Below are positions 39,901 to 54,900 of a stretch of 64,000 nt of DNA, one piece after another. The notes under the pieces are model-generated. The model was not told the DNA's origin. It ran no database searches and saw nothing but the letters and a program-made list of their open reading frames with translations. This stretch comes from Eledone cirrhosa. Lineage: Eukaryota. Both the position numbers and the translations under genes were made by a program. Positions within the stretch are counted from its first letter, which is position 1. Each line of letters opens with the position of its first letter. The stretch is from the NCBI GenBank assembly GCA_964016885.1, contig OZ024761.1, forward strand, positions 10,168,001-10,232,000. Reading direction: 5' to 3'.

Positions 39901-42900
39901 TTTAAATACTCCCAACGAGAGCCACTCTCTTTAAATACTCTCAACGAGAAGCACTCTCCTTAAATACTCCCAACGAGAGCCACTCTCTTTAAATACTCTC
40001 AACGAGAGCCACTCTCTTTAAATACTCCCAACGAGAGCCACTCTCTTTAAATACTCCCAACGAGAGCCACTCTCTTAAAATACTCCCAACGAGAGCCACT
40101 CTCTTTAAATACTCCCAACGAGAGCCACTCTCTTTAAATACTCCCAACGAGAGCCACTCTCTTTAAATACTCCCAACGAGAGCCACTCTCTTTAAATACT
40201 CTCAACAAGAGCCACTCTCTTTAAATACTCCCAACAAGAGCTACTCTCTTTAAATACTCCCAACGAGAGCCACTCTCTTTAAATACTCTCAACGAGAGCC
40301 ACTCTCTTTAAATACTCTCAACAAGAGCCACTCTCTTTAAATACTCCCAACAAGAGCCACTCTCTTTAAATACTCCCAACAAGAGCCACTCTCTTTAAAT
40401 ACTCCCAACGAGAGCCACTCTCTTTAAATACTCTCAACGAGTGCCACTCTCTTTAAATACTCCCAACGAGAGCCACTATCTTTAAATACTCCCAACAAGA
40501 GCCACTCTATTTAAATACTCTCAACAAGAACCACTCTCTTTAAATACTTCCAACGAGAGTCACTCTCTTTAAATACTCCCAACGAGAGCCACTCTCTTTA
40601 AATACTCCCAACAAGAGCCACTCTCTTTAAATACTCCCAACAAGAGCCACTCTCTTTAAATACTCCCAACAAGAGCCACTCTCTTTAAATAAACGAGAGC
40701 CACTCTCATTAAATACTCCCAACAAGAGCCACTCTCTTTAAATACTCTCAATGAGAGCCACTCTCTTTAAATACTCCCAACAAAAGCCACTCTCTTTAAA
40801 TACTCCCAACAAGAGCCATTCTCTTTAAATACTCCCAACAAGAGCCACTCTCTTTAAATACTCCCAACAAGAGCCATTCTCTTTAAATACTCCCAACAAG
40901 AACCACTCTCTTTAAATAAACGAGAGCCACTCTCTTTAAATACTCCCAACAAGAGCCACTCTCTTTAAATACTCTCAATGAGAGCCACTCTCTTTAAATA
41001 CTCCCAACAAGAGCCACTCTCTTTAAATACTCCCAACAAGAGCCACTCTCTTTAAATACTCCCAACAAGAGCCACTCTCTTTAAATACTCCCAACAAAAG
41101 CCACTCTCTTTAAATACTCCCAACCAGAGCCACTCTCTTTAAATACTCCCAACGAGAGCCACTCTCTTTAAATACTCCCAACAAGAGCCACTCTCTTTAA
41201 ATACTCTCAATGAGAGCAACTCTCTTTAAATACTCCCAACAAGAGCCACTCTCTTTAAATACTCCCAACAAGAGCCACTCTCTTTAAATACTCCCAACAA
41301 GAGCCACTCTCTTTAAATACTCCCAACAAGAGCCACTCTCTTTAAATACTCTCAACAAGAGCCACTCTCTATAAATACTCCCAACAAGAGCCACTCTCTT
41401 TAAATACTCCCAACAAGAGCCACTCTCTTTAAATACTCCCAACAAGAGCCACTCTCTTTAAATACTCTCAACAAGAACCACTCTCTTTAAATACTTCCAA
41501 CGAGAGTCACTCTCATTAAATACTCCCAACGAGAGCCACTCTCTTTAAATACTCCCAACAAGAGCCACTCTCTTTAAATACTCCCAACAAGAGCCACTCT
41601 CTTTAAATACTCTCAACAAGAACCACTCTCTTTAAATACTTCCAACGAGAGTCACTCTCTTTAAATACTCCCAACGAGAGCCACTCTCTTTAAATACTCC
41701 CAACAAGAGCCACTCTCTTTAAATACTCCCAACGAGAGCCACTCTTTAATTACTCCCAACGAGAGCCACTCTCTTTAAATACTCCCAACAAGAGCCACTC
41801 TCTTTAAATACTCCCAACGAGAGCCACTCTCTTTAAATACTCCCAGCGAGAGCCACTCTCTTTAAATACTCCCAACGAGAGCCACTCTCTTTAAATATTT
41901 CCAACGAGAGCCACTCTCTTTAAATACTCCCAACAAGAGCCACTCTCTTTAAATACTCCCAACAAGAGCCACTCTCTTTAAATACTCCCAACAAGAGCCA
42001 CTCTCTTTAAATACTCCCAACAAGAGCCACTCTCTTTAAATACTCCCAACCAGAGCCACTCTCTTTAAATACGCCCAACGAGAGACACTCTCTTTAAATA
42101 CTCCCAACAAGAGCCACTCTCTTTAAATACTCTCAATGAGAGCCACTCTCTTTAAATACTCCCAACAAGAGCCACTCTCTTTAAATACTCCCAACAAGAG
42201 CCACTCTCTTTAAATACTCCCAACAAGAGCCACTCTCTTTAAATACTCCCAACAAGAGCCACTCTCTTTAAATACCCTCAACAAGAGCCACTCTATAAAT
42301 ACTCCCAAGAAGAGCCACTCTCTTTAAATACTCCCAACGAGAGCCACTCTCTTTAAATACTCCCAGCGAGAGCCACTCTCTTTAAATACTCCCAACGAGA
42401 GCCACTCTCTTTAAATATTTCCAACGAGAGCCACTCTCTTTAAATACTCCCAACAAGAGCCACTCTCTTTAAATACTCCCAACAAGAGCCACTCTCTTTA
42501 AATACTCTCAACAAGAACCACTCTCTTTAAATACTTCCAACGAGAGTCACTCTCATTAAATAATCCCAACGAGAGCCACTCTCTTTAAATACTCCCAACA
42601 AGAGCCACTCTCTTTAAATACTCCCAACAAGAGCCACTCTCTTTAAATACTCTCAACAAGAACCACTCTCTTTAAATACTTCCAACGAGAGTCACACTCT
42701 TAAAAATACTCCCAACGAGAGCCACTCTCTTTAAATACTCCCAACAAGAGCCACTCTCTTTAAATACTCCCAACGAGAGCCACTCTTTAATTACTCCCAA
42801 CGAGAGCCACTCTCTTTAAATACTCCCAACAAGAGCCACTCTCTTTAAATACTCCCAACGAGAGCCACTCTCTTTAAATACTCCCAGCGAGAGCCACTCT

Positions 42901-45900
42901 CTTTAAATACTCCCAACGAGAGCCTCTCTCTTTAAATATTTCCAACGAGAGCCACTCTCTTTAAATACTCCCAACAAGAGCCACTCTCTTTAAATACTCT
43001 CAACGAGAGCCACTCTCTTTAATTACTCCCAACAAGAGCCACTCTCTTTAAATACTCCCAACGAGAGCCACTCTCCTTAAATACTCCCAAGAGCCACTCT
43101 CTTTAAATACTCCCAACGAGAGCCACTCTCTTTAAATACTCCCAACGAGAGCCACTCTCTTTAAATACTCTCAACAAGAACCACTCTCATTAAATACTTC
43201 CAACGAGAGCCACTCTCTTTAAATACTCCCAACGAGAGCCACTCTCTTTAAATACTCCCAACAAGAGACACTCTCTTTAAATACTCCCAACGAGAGCCAC
43301 TCTATTTAAATACTCTCAACGAGAGCCACTCTCTTTAAATACTCCCAACGAGAGCCACTCTCTTTAAATACTCCCAACAAGAGCCACTCTCTTTAAATAC
43401 TCTCAACAAGAACCACTCTCTTTAAATACTTCCAACGAGAGTCACTCTCTTTAAATACTCCCAACGAGAGCCACTCTCTTTAAATACTCCCAACAAGAGC
43501 CACTCTCTTTAAATACTCCCAACGAGCCACTCTCTTTAAATACTCTCAACAAGAACCACTCTCTTTAAATACTTCCAACGAGAGTCACTCTCTGTAAATA
43601 CTCCCAACGAGAGCCACTCTCTTTAAATACTCCCAACAAGAGCCACTCTCTTTAAATACTCCCAACGAGAGCTACTCTCTTTAAATACTCCCAACGAGAG
43701 CCACTCTCTTTAAATACTCCCAACAAGAGCCACTCTCTTTAAATACTCCCAACGAGAGCCACTCTCTTTAAATACTCCCAGCGAGAGCCACTCTCTTTAA
43801 ATACTCCCAACGAGAGCCACTCTCTTTAAATATTTCCAACGAGAGCCACTCTCTTTAAATACTCCCAACAAGAGCCACTCTCTTTAAATACTCCCAACAA
43901 GAGCCACTCTCTTTAAATACTCCCAACAAGAGCCACTCTCTTCAAATACTCCCAACCAGAGCCACTCTCTTTAAATACTCCCAACGAGAGACACTCTCTT
44001 TAAATACTCCCAACAAGAGCCACTCTCTTTAAATACTCTCAATGAGAGCCACTCTCTTTAAATACTCCCAACAAGAGCCACTCTCTTTAAATACTCCCAA
44101 CAAGAGCCACTCTCTTTAAATACTCCCAACAAGAGCCACTCTCTTTAAATACTCCCAACAAGAGCCACTCTCTTTAAATACCCTCAACAAGAGCCACTCT
44201 ATAAATACTCCCAAGAAGAGCCACTCTCTTTAAATACTCCCAACGAGAGCCACTCTCTTTAAATACTCCCAGCGAGAGCCACTCTCTTTAAATACTCCCA
44301 ACGAGAGCCACTCTCTTTAAATATTTCCAACGAGAGCCACTCTCTTTAAATACTCCCAACAAGAGCCACTCTCTTTAAATACTCCCAACAAGAGCCACTC
44401 TCTTTAAATACTCTCAACAAGAACCACTCTCTTTAAATACTTCCAACGAGAGTCACTCTCATTAAATACTCCCAACGAGAGCCACTCTCTTTAAATACTC
44501 CCAACAAGAGCCACTCTCTTTAAATACTCTCAACAAGAACCACTCTCTTTAAATACTTCCAACGAGAGTCACACTCTTTAAATACTCCCAACGAGAGCCA
44601 CTCTCTTTAAATACTCCCAAAAAGAGCCACTCTCTTTAAATACTCCCAACGAGAGCCACTCTTTAATTACTCCCAACGAGAGCCACTCTCTTTAAATACT
44701 CCCAACAAGAGCCACTCTCTTTAAATACTCCCAACGAGAGCCACTCTCTTTAAATACTCCCAGCGAGAGCCACTCTCTTTAAATACTCCCAACGAGAGCC
44801 TCTCTCTTTAAATATTTCCAACGAGAGCCACTCTCTTTAAATACTCCCAACAAGAGCCACTCTCTTTAAATACTCTCAACGAGAGCCACTCTCTTTAATT
44901 ACTCCCAACAAGAGCCACTCTCTTTAAATACTCCCAACGAGAGCCACTCTCTTTAAATACTCCCAAGAGCCACTCTCTTTAAATACTCCCAACGAGAGCC
45001 ACTCTCTTTAAATACTCCCAACGAGAGCCACTCTCTTTAAATACTCTCAACAAGAACCACTCTCATTAAATACTTCCAACGAGAGCCACTCTCTTTAAAT
45101 ACTCCCAACGAGAGCCACTCTCTTTAAATACTCCCAACAAGAGCCACTCTCTTTAAATACTCCCAACGAGAGCCACTCTATTTAAATATTCTCAACGAGA
45201 GCCACTCTCTTTAAATACTCCCAACGAGAGCCACTCTCTTTAAATACTCCCAACAAGAGCCACTCTCTTTAAATACTCTCAACAAGAACCACTCTCTTTA
45301 AATACTTCCAACGAGAGTCACTCTCTTTAAATACTCCCAACGAGAGCCACTCTCTTTAAATACTCCCAACAAGAGCCACTCTCTTTAAATACTCCCAACG
45401 AGCCACTCTCTTTAAATACTCTCAACAAGAACCACTCTCTTTAAATACTTCCAACGAGAGTCACTCTCTTTAAATACTCCCAACGAGAGCCACTCTCTTT
45501 AAATACTCCCAACAAGAGCCACTCTCTTTAAATACTCCCAACAAAAGCCACTCTCTTTAAATACTCCCAACAAGAGCGATTCTCTTTAAATACTCCCAAC
45601 AAGAGCCACTCTCTTTAAATACTCCCAACAAGAGCCATTCTCTTTAAATACTCCCAACAAGAACCACTCTCTTTAAATAAACGAGAGCCACTCTCTTTAA
45701 ATACTCCCAACAAGAGCCACTCTCTTTAAATACTCTCAATGAGAGCCACTCTCTTTAAATACTCCCAACAAGAGCCACTCTCTTTAAATACTCCCAACAA
45801 GAGCCACTCTCTTTAAATACTCCCAACAAGAGCCACTCTCTTTAAATACTCCCAACAAAAGCCACTCTCTTTAAATACTCCCAACCAGAGCCACTCTCTT

Positions 45901-48900
45901 TAAATACTCCCAACGAGAGCCACTCTCTTTAAATACTCCCAACAAGAGCCACTCTCTTTAAATACTCTCAATGAGAGCCACTCTCTTTAAATACTCCCAA
46001 CAAGAGCCACTCTCTTTAAATACTCCCAACAAGAGCCACTCTCTTTAAATACTCCCAACAAGAGCCACTCTCTTTAAATACTCCCAACAAGAGCCACTCT
46101 CTTTAAATACTCTCAACAAGAGCCACTCTCTATAAATACTCCCAACAAGAGCCACTCTCTTTAAATACTCCCAACAAGAGCCACTCTCTTTAAATACTCC
46201 CAACAAGAGCCACTCTCTTTAAATACTCTCAACAAGAACCACTCTCTTTAAATACTTCCAACGAGAGTCACTCTCATTAAATACTCCCAACGAGAGCCAC
46301 TCTCTTTAAATACTCCCAACAAGAGCCACTCTCTTTAAATACTCCCAACAAGAGCCACTCTCTTTAAATACTCTCAACAAGAACCACTCTCTTTAAATAC
46401 TTCCAACGAGAGTCACTCTCTTTAAATACTCCCAACGAGAGCCACTCTCTTTAAATACTCCCAACAAGAGCCACTCTCTTTAAATACTCCCAACGAGAGC
46501 CACTCTTTAATTACTCCCAACGAGAGCCACTCTCTTTAAATACTCCCAACAAGAGCCACTCTCTTTAAATACTCCCAACGAGAGCCACTCTCTTTAAATA
46601 CTCCCAGCGAGAGCCACTCTCTTTAAATACTCCCAACGAGAGCCACTCTCTTTAAATATTTCCAACGAGAGCCACTCTCTTTAAATACTCCCAACAAGAG
46701 CCACTCTCTTTAAATACTCCCAACAAGAGCCACTCTCTTTAAATACTCCCAACAAGAGCCACTCTCTTTAAATACTCCCAACAAGAGCCACTCTCTTTAA
46801 ATACTCCCAACAAGAGCCACTCTCTTTAAATAAACGAGAGCCACTCTCATTAAATACTCCCAACAAGAGCCACTCTCTTTAAATACTCTCAATGAGAGCC
46901 ACTCTCTTTAAATACTCCCAACAAAAGCCACTCTCTTTAAATACTCCCAACAAGAGCCATTCTCTTTAAATACTCCCAACAGAGCCACTCTCTTTAAATA
47001 CTCCCAACAAGAGCCATTCTCTTTAAATACTCCCAACAAGAACCACTCTCTTTAAATAAACGAGAGCCACTCTCTTTAAATACTCCCAACAAGAGCCACT
47101 CTCTTTAAATACTCTCAATGAGAGCCACTCTCTTTAAATACTCCCAACAAGAGCCACTCTCTTTAAATACTCCCAACAAGAGCCACTCTCTTTAAATACT
47201 CCCAACAAGAGCCACTCTCTTTAAATACTCCCAACAAAAGCCACTCTCTTTAAATACTCCCAACCAGAGCCACTCTCTTTAAATACTCCCAACGAGAGCC
47301 ACTCTCTTTAAATACTCCCAACAAGAGCCACTCTCTTTAAATACTCCCAACAAGAGCCACTCTCTTTAAATACTCCCAACAAGAGCCACTCTCTTTAAAT
47401 ACTCTCAACAAGAGCCACTCTCTATAAATACTCCCAACAAGAGCCACTCTCTTTAAATACTCCCAACAAGAGCCACTCTCTTTAAATACTCCCAACAAGA
47501 GCCACTCTCTTTAAATACTCTCAACAAGAACCACTCTCTTTAAATACTTCCAACGAGAGTCACTCTCATTAAATACTCCCAACGAGAGCCACTCTCTTTA
47601 AATACTCCCAACAAGAGCCACTCTCTTTAAATACTCCCAACAAGAGCCACTCTCTTTAAATACTCTCAACAAGAACCACTCTCTTTAAATACTTCCAACG
47701 AGAGTCACTCTCTTTAAATACTCCCAACGAGAGCCACTCTCTTTAAATACTCCCAACAAGAGCCACTCTCTTTAAATACTCCCAACGAGAGCCACTCTTT
47801 AATTACTCCCAACGAGAGCCACTCTCTTTAAATACTCCCAACAAGAGCCACTCTCTTTAAATACTCCCAACGAGAGCCACTCTCTTTAAATACTCCCAGC
47901 GAGAGCCACTCTCTTTAAATACTCCCAACGAGAGCCACTCTCTTTAAATATTTCCAACGAGAGCCACTCTCTTTAAATACTCCCAACAAGAGCCACTCTC
48001 TTTAAATACTCCCAACAAGAGCCACTCTCTTTAAATACTCCCAACGAGAGCCACTCTCTTTAAATACTCCCAACAAGAGCCACTCTCTTTAAATACTCCC
48101 AACCAGAGCCACTCTCTTTAAATACTCCCAACGAGAGACACTCTCTTTAAATACTCCCAACAAGAGCCACTCTCTTTAAATACTCTCAATGAGAGCCACT
48201 CTCTTTAAATACTCCCAACAAGAGCCACTCTCTTTAAATACTCCCAACAAGAGCCACTCTCTTTAAATACTCCCAACAAGAGCCACTCTCTTTAAATACT
48301 CCCAACAAGAGCCACTCTCTTTAAATACCCTCAACAAGAGCCACTCTATAAATACTCCCAAGAAGAGCCACTCTCTTTAAATACTCCCAACGAGAGCCAC
48401 TCTCTTTAAATACTCCCAGCGAGAGCCACTCTCTTTAAATACTCCCAACGAGAGCCACTCTCTTTAAATATTTCCAACGAGAGCCACTCTCTTTAAATAC
48501 TCCCAACAAGAGCCACTCTCTTTAAATACTCCCAACAAGAGCCACTCTCTTTAAATACTCCCAACGAGAGCCACTCTCTTTAAATACTCTCAACGAGTGC
48601 CACTCTCTTTAAATACTCCCAACGAGAGCCACTATCTTTAAATACTCCCAACAAGAGCCACTCTATTTAAATACTCTCAACAAGAACCACTCTCTTTAAA
48701 TACTTCCAACGAGAGTCACTCTCTTTAAATACTCCCAACGAGAGCCACTCTCTTTAAATACTCCCAACAAGAGCCACTCTCTTTAAATACTCCCAACAAG
48801 AGCCACTCTCTTTAAATAAACGAGAGCCACTCTCATTAAATACTCCCAACAAGAGCCACTCTCTTTAAATACTCTCAATGAGAGCCACTCTCTTTAAATA

Positions 48901-51900
48901 CTCCCAACAAGAGCCACTCTCTTTAAATACTCCCAACAAGAGCCACTCTCTTTAAATACTCCCAACAAGAGCCACTCTCTTTAAATACTCCCAACAAGAG
49001 CCATTCTCTTTAAATACTCCCAACAAGAACCACTCTCTTTAAATAAACGAGAGCCACTCTCTTTAAATACTCCCAACAAGAGCCACTCTCTTTAAATACT
49101 CTCAATGAGAGCCACTCTCTTTAAATACTCCCAACAAGAGCCACTCTCTTTAAATACTCCCAACAAGAGCCACTCTCTTTAAATACTCCCAACAAGAGCC
49201 ACTCTCTTTAAATACTCCCAACAAGAGCCACTCTCTTTAAATACTCCCAACCAGAGCCACTCTCTTTAAATACTCCCAACGAGAGACACTCTCTTTAAAT
49301 ACTCCCAACAAGAGCCACTCTCTTTAAATGCTCTCAATGAGAGCCACTCTCTTTAAATACTCCCAACAAGAGCCACTCTCTTTAAATACTCCCAACAAGA
49401 GCCACTCTCTTTAAATACTCCCAACAAGAGCCACTCTCTTTAAATACTCCCAACAAGAGCCACTCTCTTTAAATACCCTCAACAAGAGCCACTCTATAAA
49501 TACTCCCAAGAAGAGCCACTCTCTTTAAATACTCCCAACGAGAGCCACTCTCTTTAAATACTCTCAACAAGAACCCCTCTCTTTAAATACTTACAACGAG
49601 AGTCACTCTCTTTAAATACTTCCAACGAGAGTCACTCTCTTTAAATACTCTCAACGAGAGCCACTCTCTTTAAATACTCTTAACGAGAGTCACTCTATTT
49701 AAATACTCCGAACAAGAGCCACTCTCTTTAAATACTCTCAACAAGAACAACTCTCTTTAAATACTTCCAACGAGAGTCACTCTCTTTAAATACTCCCAAC
49801 GAGAGCCACTCTCTTTAAATACTCTCAACGAGAAGCACTCTCCTTAAATACTCCCAACGAGAGCCACTCTCTTTAAATACTCTCAACGAGAGCCACTCTC
49901 TTTAAATACTCCCAACGAGAGCCACTCTCTTTAAATACTCCCAACGAGAGCCACTCTCTTAAAATACTCCCAACGAGAGCCACTCTCTTTAAATACTCCC
50001 AACGAGAGCCACTCTCTTTAAATACTCCCAACGAGAGCCACTCTCTTTAAATACTCCCAACGAGAGCCACTCTCTTTAAATACTCTCAACAAGAGCCACT
50101 CTCTTTAAATACTCCCAACAAGAGCTACTCTCTTTAAATACTCCCAACGAGAGCCACTCTCTTTAAATACTCTCAACGAGAGCCACTCTCTTTAAATACT
50201 CTCAACAAGAGCCACTCTCTTTAAATACTCCCAACAAGAGCCACTCTCTTTAAATACTCCCAACAAGAGCCACTCTCTTTAAATACTCCCAACGAGAGCC
50301 ACTCTCTTTAAATACTCTCAACGAGTGCCACTCTCTTTAAATACTCCCAACGAGAGCCACTATCTTTAAATACTCCCAACAAGAGCCACTCTATTTAAAT
50401 ACTCTCAACAAGAACCACTCTCTTTAAATACTTCCAACGAGAGTCACTCTCTTTAAATACTCCCAACGAGAGCCACTCTCTTTAAATACTCCCAACAAGA
50501 GCCACTCTCTTTAAATACTCCCAACAAGAGCCACTCTCTTTAAATACTCCCAACAAGAGCCACTCTCTTTAAATAAACGAGAGCCACTCTCATTAAATAC
50601 TCCCAACAAGAGCCACTCTCTTTAAATACTCTCAATGAGAGCCACTCTCTTTAAATACTCCCAACAAAAGCCACTCTCTTTAAATACTCCCAACAAGAGC
50701 CATTCTCTTTAAATACTCCCAACAAGAGCCACTCTCTTTAAATACTCCCAACAAGAGCCATTCTCTTTAAATACTCCCAACAAGAACCACTCTCTTTAAA
50801 TAAACGAGAGCCACTCTCTTTAAATACTCCCAACAAGAGCCACTCTCTTTAAATACTCTCAATGAGAGCCACTCTCTTTAAATACTCCCAACAAGAGCCA
50901 CTCTCTTTAAATACTCCCAACAAGAGCCACTCTCTTTAAATACTCCCAACAAGAGCCACTCTCTTTAAATACTCCCAACAAAAGCCACTCTCTTTAAATA
51001 CTCCCAACCAGAGCCACTCTCTTTAAATACTCCCAACGAGAGCCACTCTCTTTAAATACTCCCAACAAGAGCCACTCTCTTTAAATACTCTCAATGAGAG
51101 CAACTCTCTTTAAATACTCCCAACAAGAGCCACTCTCTTTAAATACTCCCAACAAGAGCCACTCTCTTTAAATACTCCCAACAAGAGCCACTCTCTTTAA
51201 ATACTCCCAACAAGAGCCACTCTCTTTAAATACTCTCAACAAGAGCCACTCTCTATAAATACTCCCAACAAGAGCCACTCTCTTTAAATACTCCCAACAA
51301 GAGCCACTCTCTTTAAATACTCCCAACAAGAGCCACTCTCTTTAAATACTCTCAACAAGAACCACTCTCTTTAAATACTTCCAACGAGAGTCACTCTCAT
51401 TAAATACTCCCAACGAGAGCCACTCTCTTTAAATACTCCCAACAAGAGCCACTCTCTTTAAATACTCCCAACAAGAGCCACTCTCTTTAAATACTCTCAA
51501 CAAGAACCACTCTCTTTAAATACTTCCAACGAGAGTCACTCTCTTTAAATACTCCCAACGAGAGCCACTCTCTTTAAATACTCCCAACAAGAGCCACTCT
51601 CTTTAAATACTCCCAACGAGAGCCACTCTTTAATTACTCCCAACGAGAGCCACTCTCTTTAAATACTCCCAACAAGAGCCACTCTCTTTAAATACTCCCA
51701 ACGAGAGCCACTCTCTTTAAATACTCCCAGCGAGAGCCACTCTCTTTAAATACTCCCAACGAGAGCCACTCTCTTTAAATATTTCCAACGAGAGCCACTC
51801 TCTTTAAATACTCCCAACAAGAGCCACTCTCTTTAAATACTCCCAACAAGAGCCACTCTCTTTAAATACTCCCAACAAGAGCCACTCTCTTTAAATACTC

Positions 51901-54900
51901 CCAACAAGAGCCACTCTCTTTAAATACTCCCAACCAGAGCCACTCTCTTTAAATACTCCCAACGAGAGACACTCTCTTTAAATACTCCCAACAAGAGCCA
52001 CTCTCTTTAAATACTCTCAATGAGAGCCACTCTCTTTAAATACTCCCAACAAGAGCCACTCTCTTTAAATACTCCCAACAAGAGCCACTCTCTTTAAATA
52101 CTCCCAACAAGAGCCACTCTCTTTAAATACTCCCAACAAGAGCCACTCTCTTTAAATACCCTCAACAAGAGCCACTCTATAAATACTCCCAAGAAGAGCC
52201 ACTCTCTTTAAATACTCCCAACGAGAGCCACTCTCTTTAAATACTCCCAGCGAGAGCCACTCTCTTTAAATACTCCCAACGAGAGCCACTCTCTTTAAAT
52301 ATTTCCAACGAGAGCCACTCTCTTTAAATACTCCCAACAAGAGCCACTCTCTTTAAATACTCCCAACAAGAGCCACTCTCTTTAAATACTCTCAACAAGA
52401 ACCACTCTCTTTAAATACTTCCAACGAGAGTCACTCTCATTAAATACTCCCAACGAGAGCCACTCTCTTTAAATACTCCCAACAAGAGCCACTCTCTTTA
52501 AATACTCCCAACAAGAGCCACTCTCTTTAAATACTCTCAACAAGAACCACTCTCTTTAAATACTTCCAACGAGAGTCACACTCTTAAAAATACTCCCAAC
52601 GAGAGCCACTCTCTTTAAATACTCCCAACAAGAGCCACTCTCTTTAAATACTCCCAACGAGAGCCACTCTTTAATTACTCCCAACGAGAGCCACTCTCTT
52701 TAAATACTCCCAACAAGAGCCACTCTCTTTAAATACTCCCAACGAGAGCCACTCTCTTTAAATACTCCCAGCGAGAGCCACTCTCTTTAAATACTCCCAA
52801 CGAGAGCCTCTCTCTTTAAATATTTCCAACGAGAGCCACTCTCTTTAAATACTCCCAACAAGAGCCACTCTCTTTAAATACTCTCAACGAGAGCCACTCT
52901 CTTTAATTACTCCCAACAAGAGCCACTCTCTTTAAATACTCCCAACGAGAGCCACTCTCCTTAAATACTCCCAAGAGCCACTCTCTTTAAATACTCCCAA
53001 CGAGAGCCACTCTCTTTAAATACTCCCAACGAGAGCCACTCTCTTTAAATACTCTCAACAAGAACCACTCTCATTAAATACTTCCAACGAGAGCCACTCT
53101 CTTTAAATACTCCCAACGAGAGCCACTCTCTTTAAATACTCCCAACAAGAGACACTCTCTTTAAATACTCCCAACGAGAGCCACTCTATTTAAATACTCT
53201 CAACGAGAGCCACTCTCTTTAAATACTCCCAACGAGAGCCACTCTCTTTAAATACTCCCAACAAGAGCCACTCTCTTTAAATACTCTCAACAAGAACCAC
53301 TCTCTTTAAATACTTCCAACGAGAGTCACTCTCTTTAAATACTCCCAACGAGAGCCACTCTCTTTAAATACTCCCAACAAGAGCCACTCTCTTTAAATAC
53401 TCCCAACGAGCCACTCTCTTTAAATACTCTCAACAAGAACCACTCTCTTTAAATACTTCCAACGAGAGTCACTCTCTGTAAATACTCCCAACGAGAGCCA
53501 CTCTCTTTAAATACTCCCAACAAGAGCCACTCTCTTTAAATACTCCCAACGAGAGCTACTCTCTTTAAATACTCCCAACGAGAGCCACTCTCTTTAAATA
53601 CTCCCAACAAGAGCCACTCTCTTTAAATACTCCCAACGAGAGCCACTCTCTTTAAATACTCCCAGCGAGAGCCACTCTCTTTAAATACTCCCAACGAGAG
53701 CCACTCTCTTTAAATATTTCCAACGAGAGCCACTCTCTTTAAATACTCCCAACAAGAGCCACTCTCTTTAAATACTCCCAACAAGAGCCACTCTCTTTAA
53801 ATACTCCCAACAAGAGCCACTCTCTTTAAATACTCCCAACCAGAGCCACTCTCTTTAAATACTCCCAACGAGAGACACTCTCTTTAAATACTCCCAACAA
53901 GAGCCACTCTCTTTAAATACTCTCAATGAGAGCCACTCTCTTTAAATACTCCCAACAAGAGCCACTCTCTTTAAATACTCCCAACAAGAGCCACTCTCTT
54001 TAAATACTCCCAACAAGAGCCACTCTCTTTAAATACTCCCAACAAGAGCCACTCTCTTTAAATACCCTCAACAAGAGCCACTCTATAAATACTCCCAAGA
54101 AGAGCCACTCTCTTTAAATACTCCCAACGAGAGCCACTCTCTTTAAATACTCCCAGCGAGAGCCACTCTCTTTAAATACTCCCAACGAGAGCCACTCTCT
54201 TTAAATATTTCCAACGAGAGCCACTCTCTTTAAATACTCCCAACAAGAGCCACTCTCTTTAAATACTCCCAACAAGAGCCACTCTCTTTAAATACTCTCA
54301 ACAAGAACCACTCTCTTTAAATACTTCCAACGAGAGTCACTCTCATTAAATACTCCCAACGAGAGCCACTCTCTTTAAATACTCCCAACAAGAGCCACTC
54401 TCTTTAAATACTCTCAACAAGAACCACTCTCTTTAAATACTTCCAACGAGAGTCACACTCTTTAAATACTCCCAACGAGAGCCACTCTCTTTAAATACTC
54501 CCAAAAAGAGCCACTCTCTTTAAATACTCCCAACGAGAGCCACTCTTTAATTACTCCCAACGAGAGCCACTCTCTTTAAATACTCCCAACAAGAGCCACT
54601 CTCTTTAAATACTCCCAACGAGAGCCACTCTCTTTAAATACTCCCAGCGAGAGCCACTCTCTTTAAATACTCCCAACGAGAGCCTCTCTCTTTAAATATT
54701 TCCAACGAGAGCCACTCTCTTTAAATACTCCCAACAAGAACCACTCTCTTTAAATACTCTCAACGAGAGCCACTCTCTTTAATTACTCCCAACAAGAGCC
54801 ACTCTCTTTAAATACTCCCAACGAGAGCCACTCTCTTTAAATACTCCCAAGAGCCACTCTCTTTAAATACTCCCAACGAGAGCCACTCTCTTTAAATACT

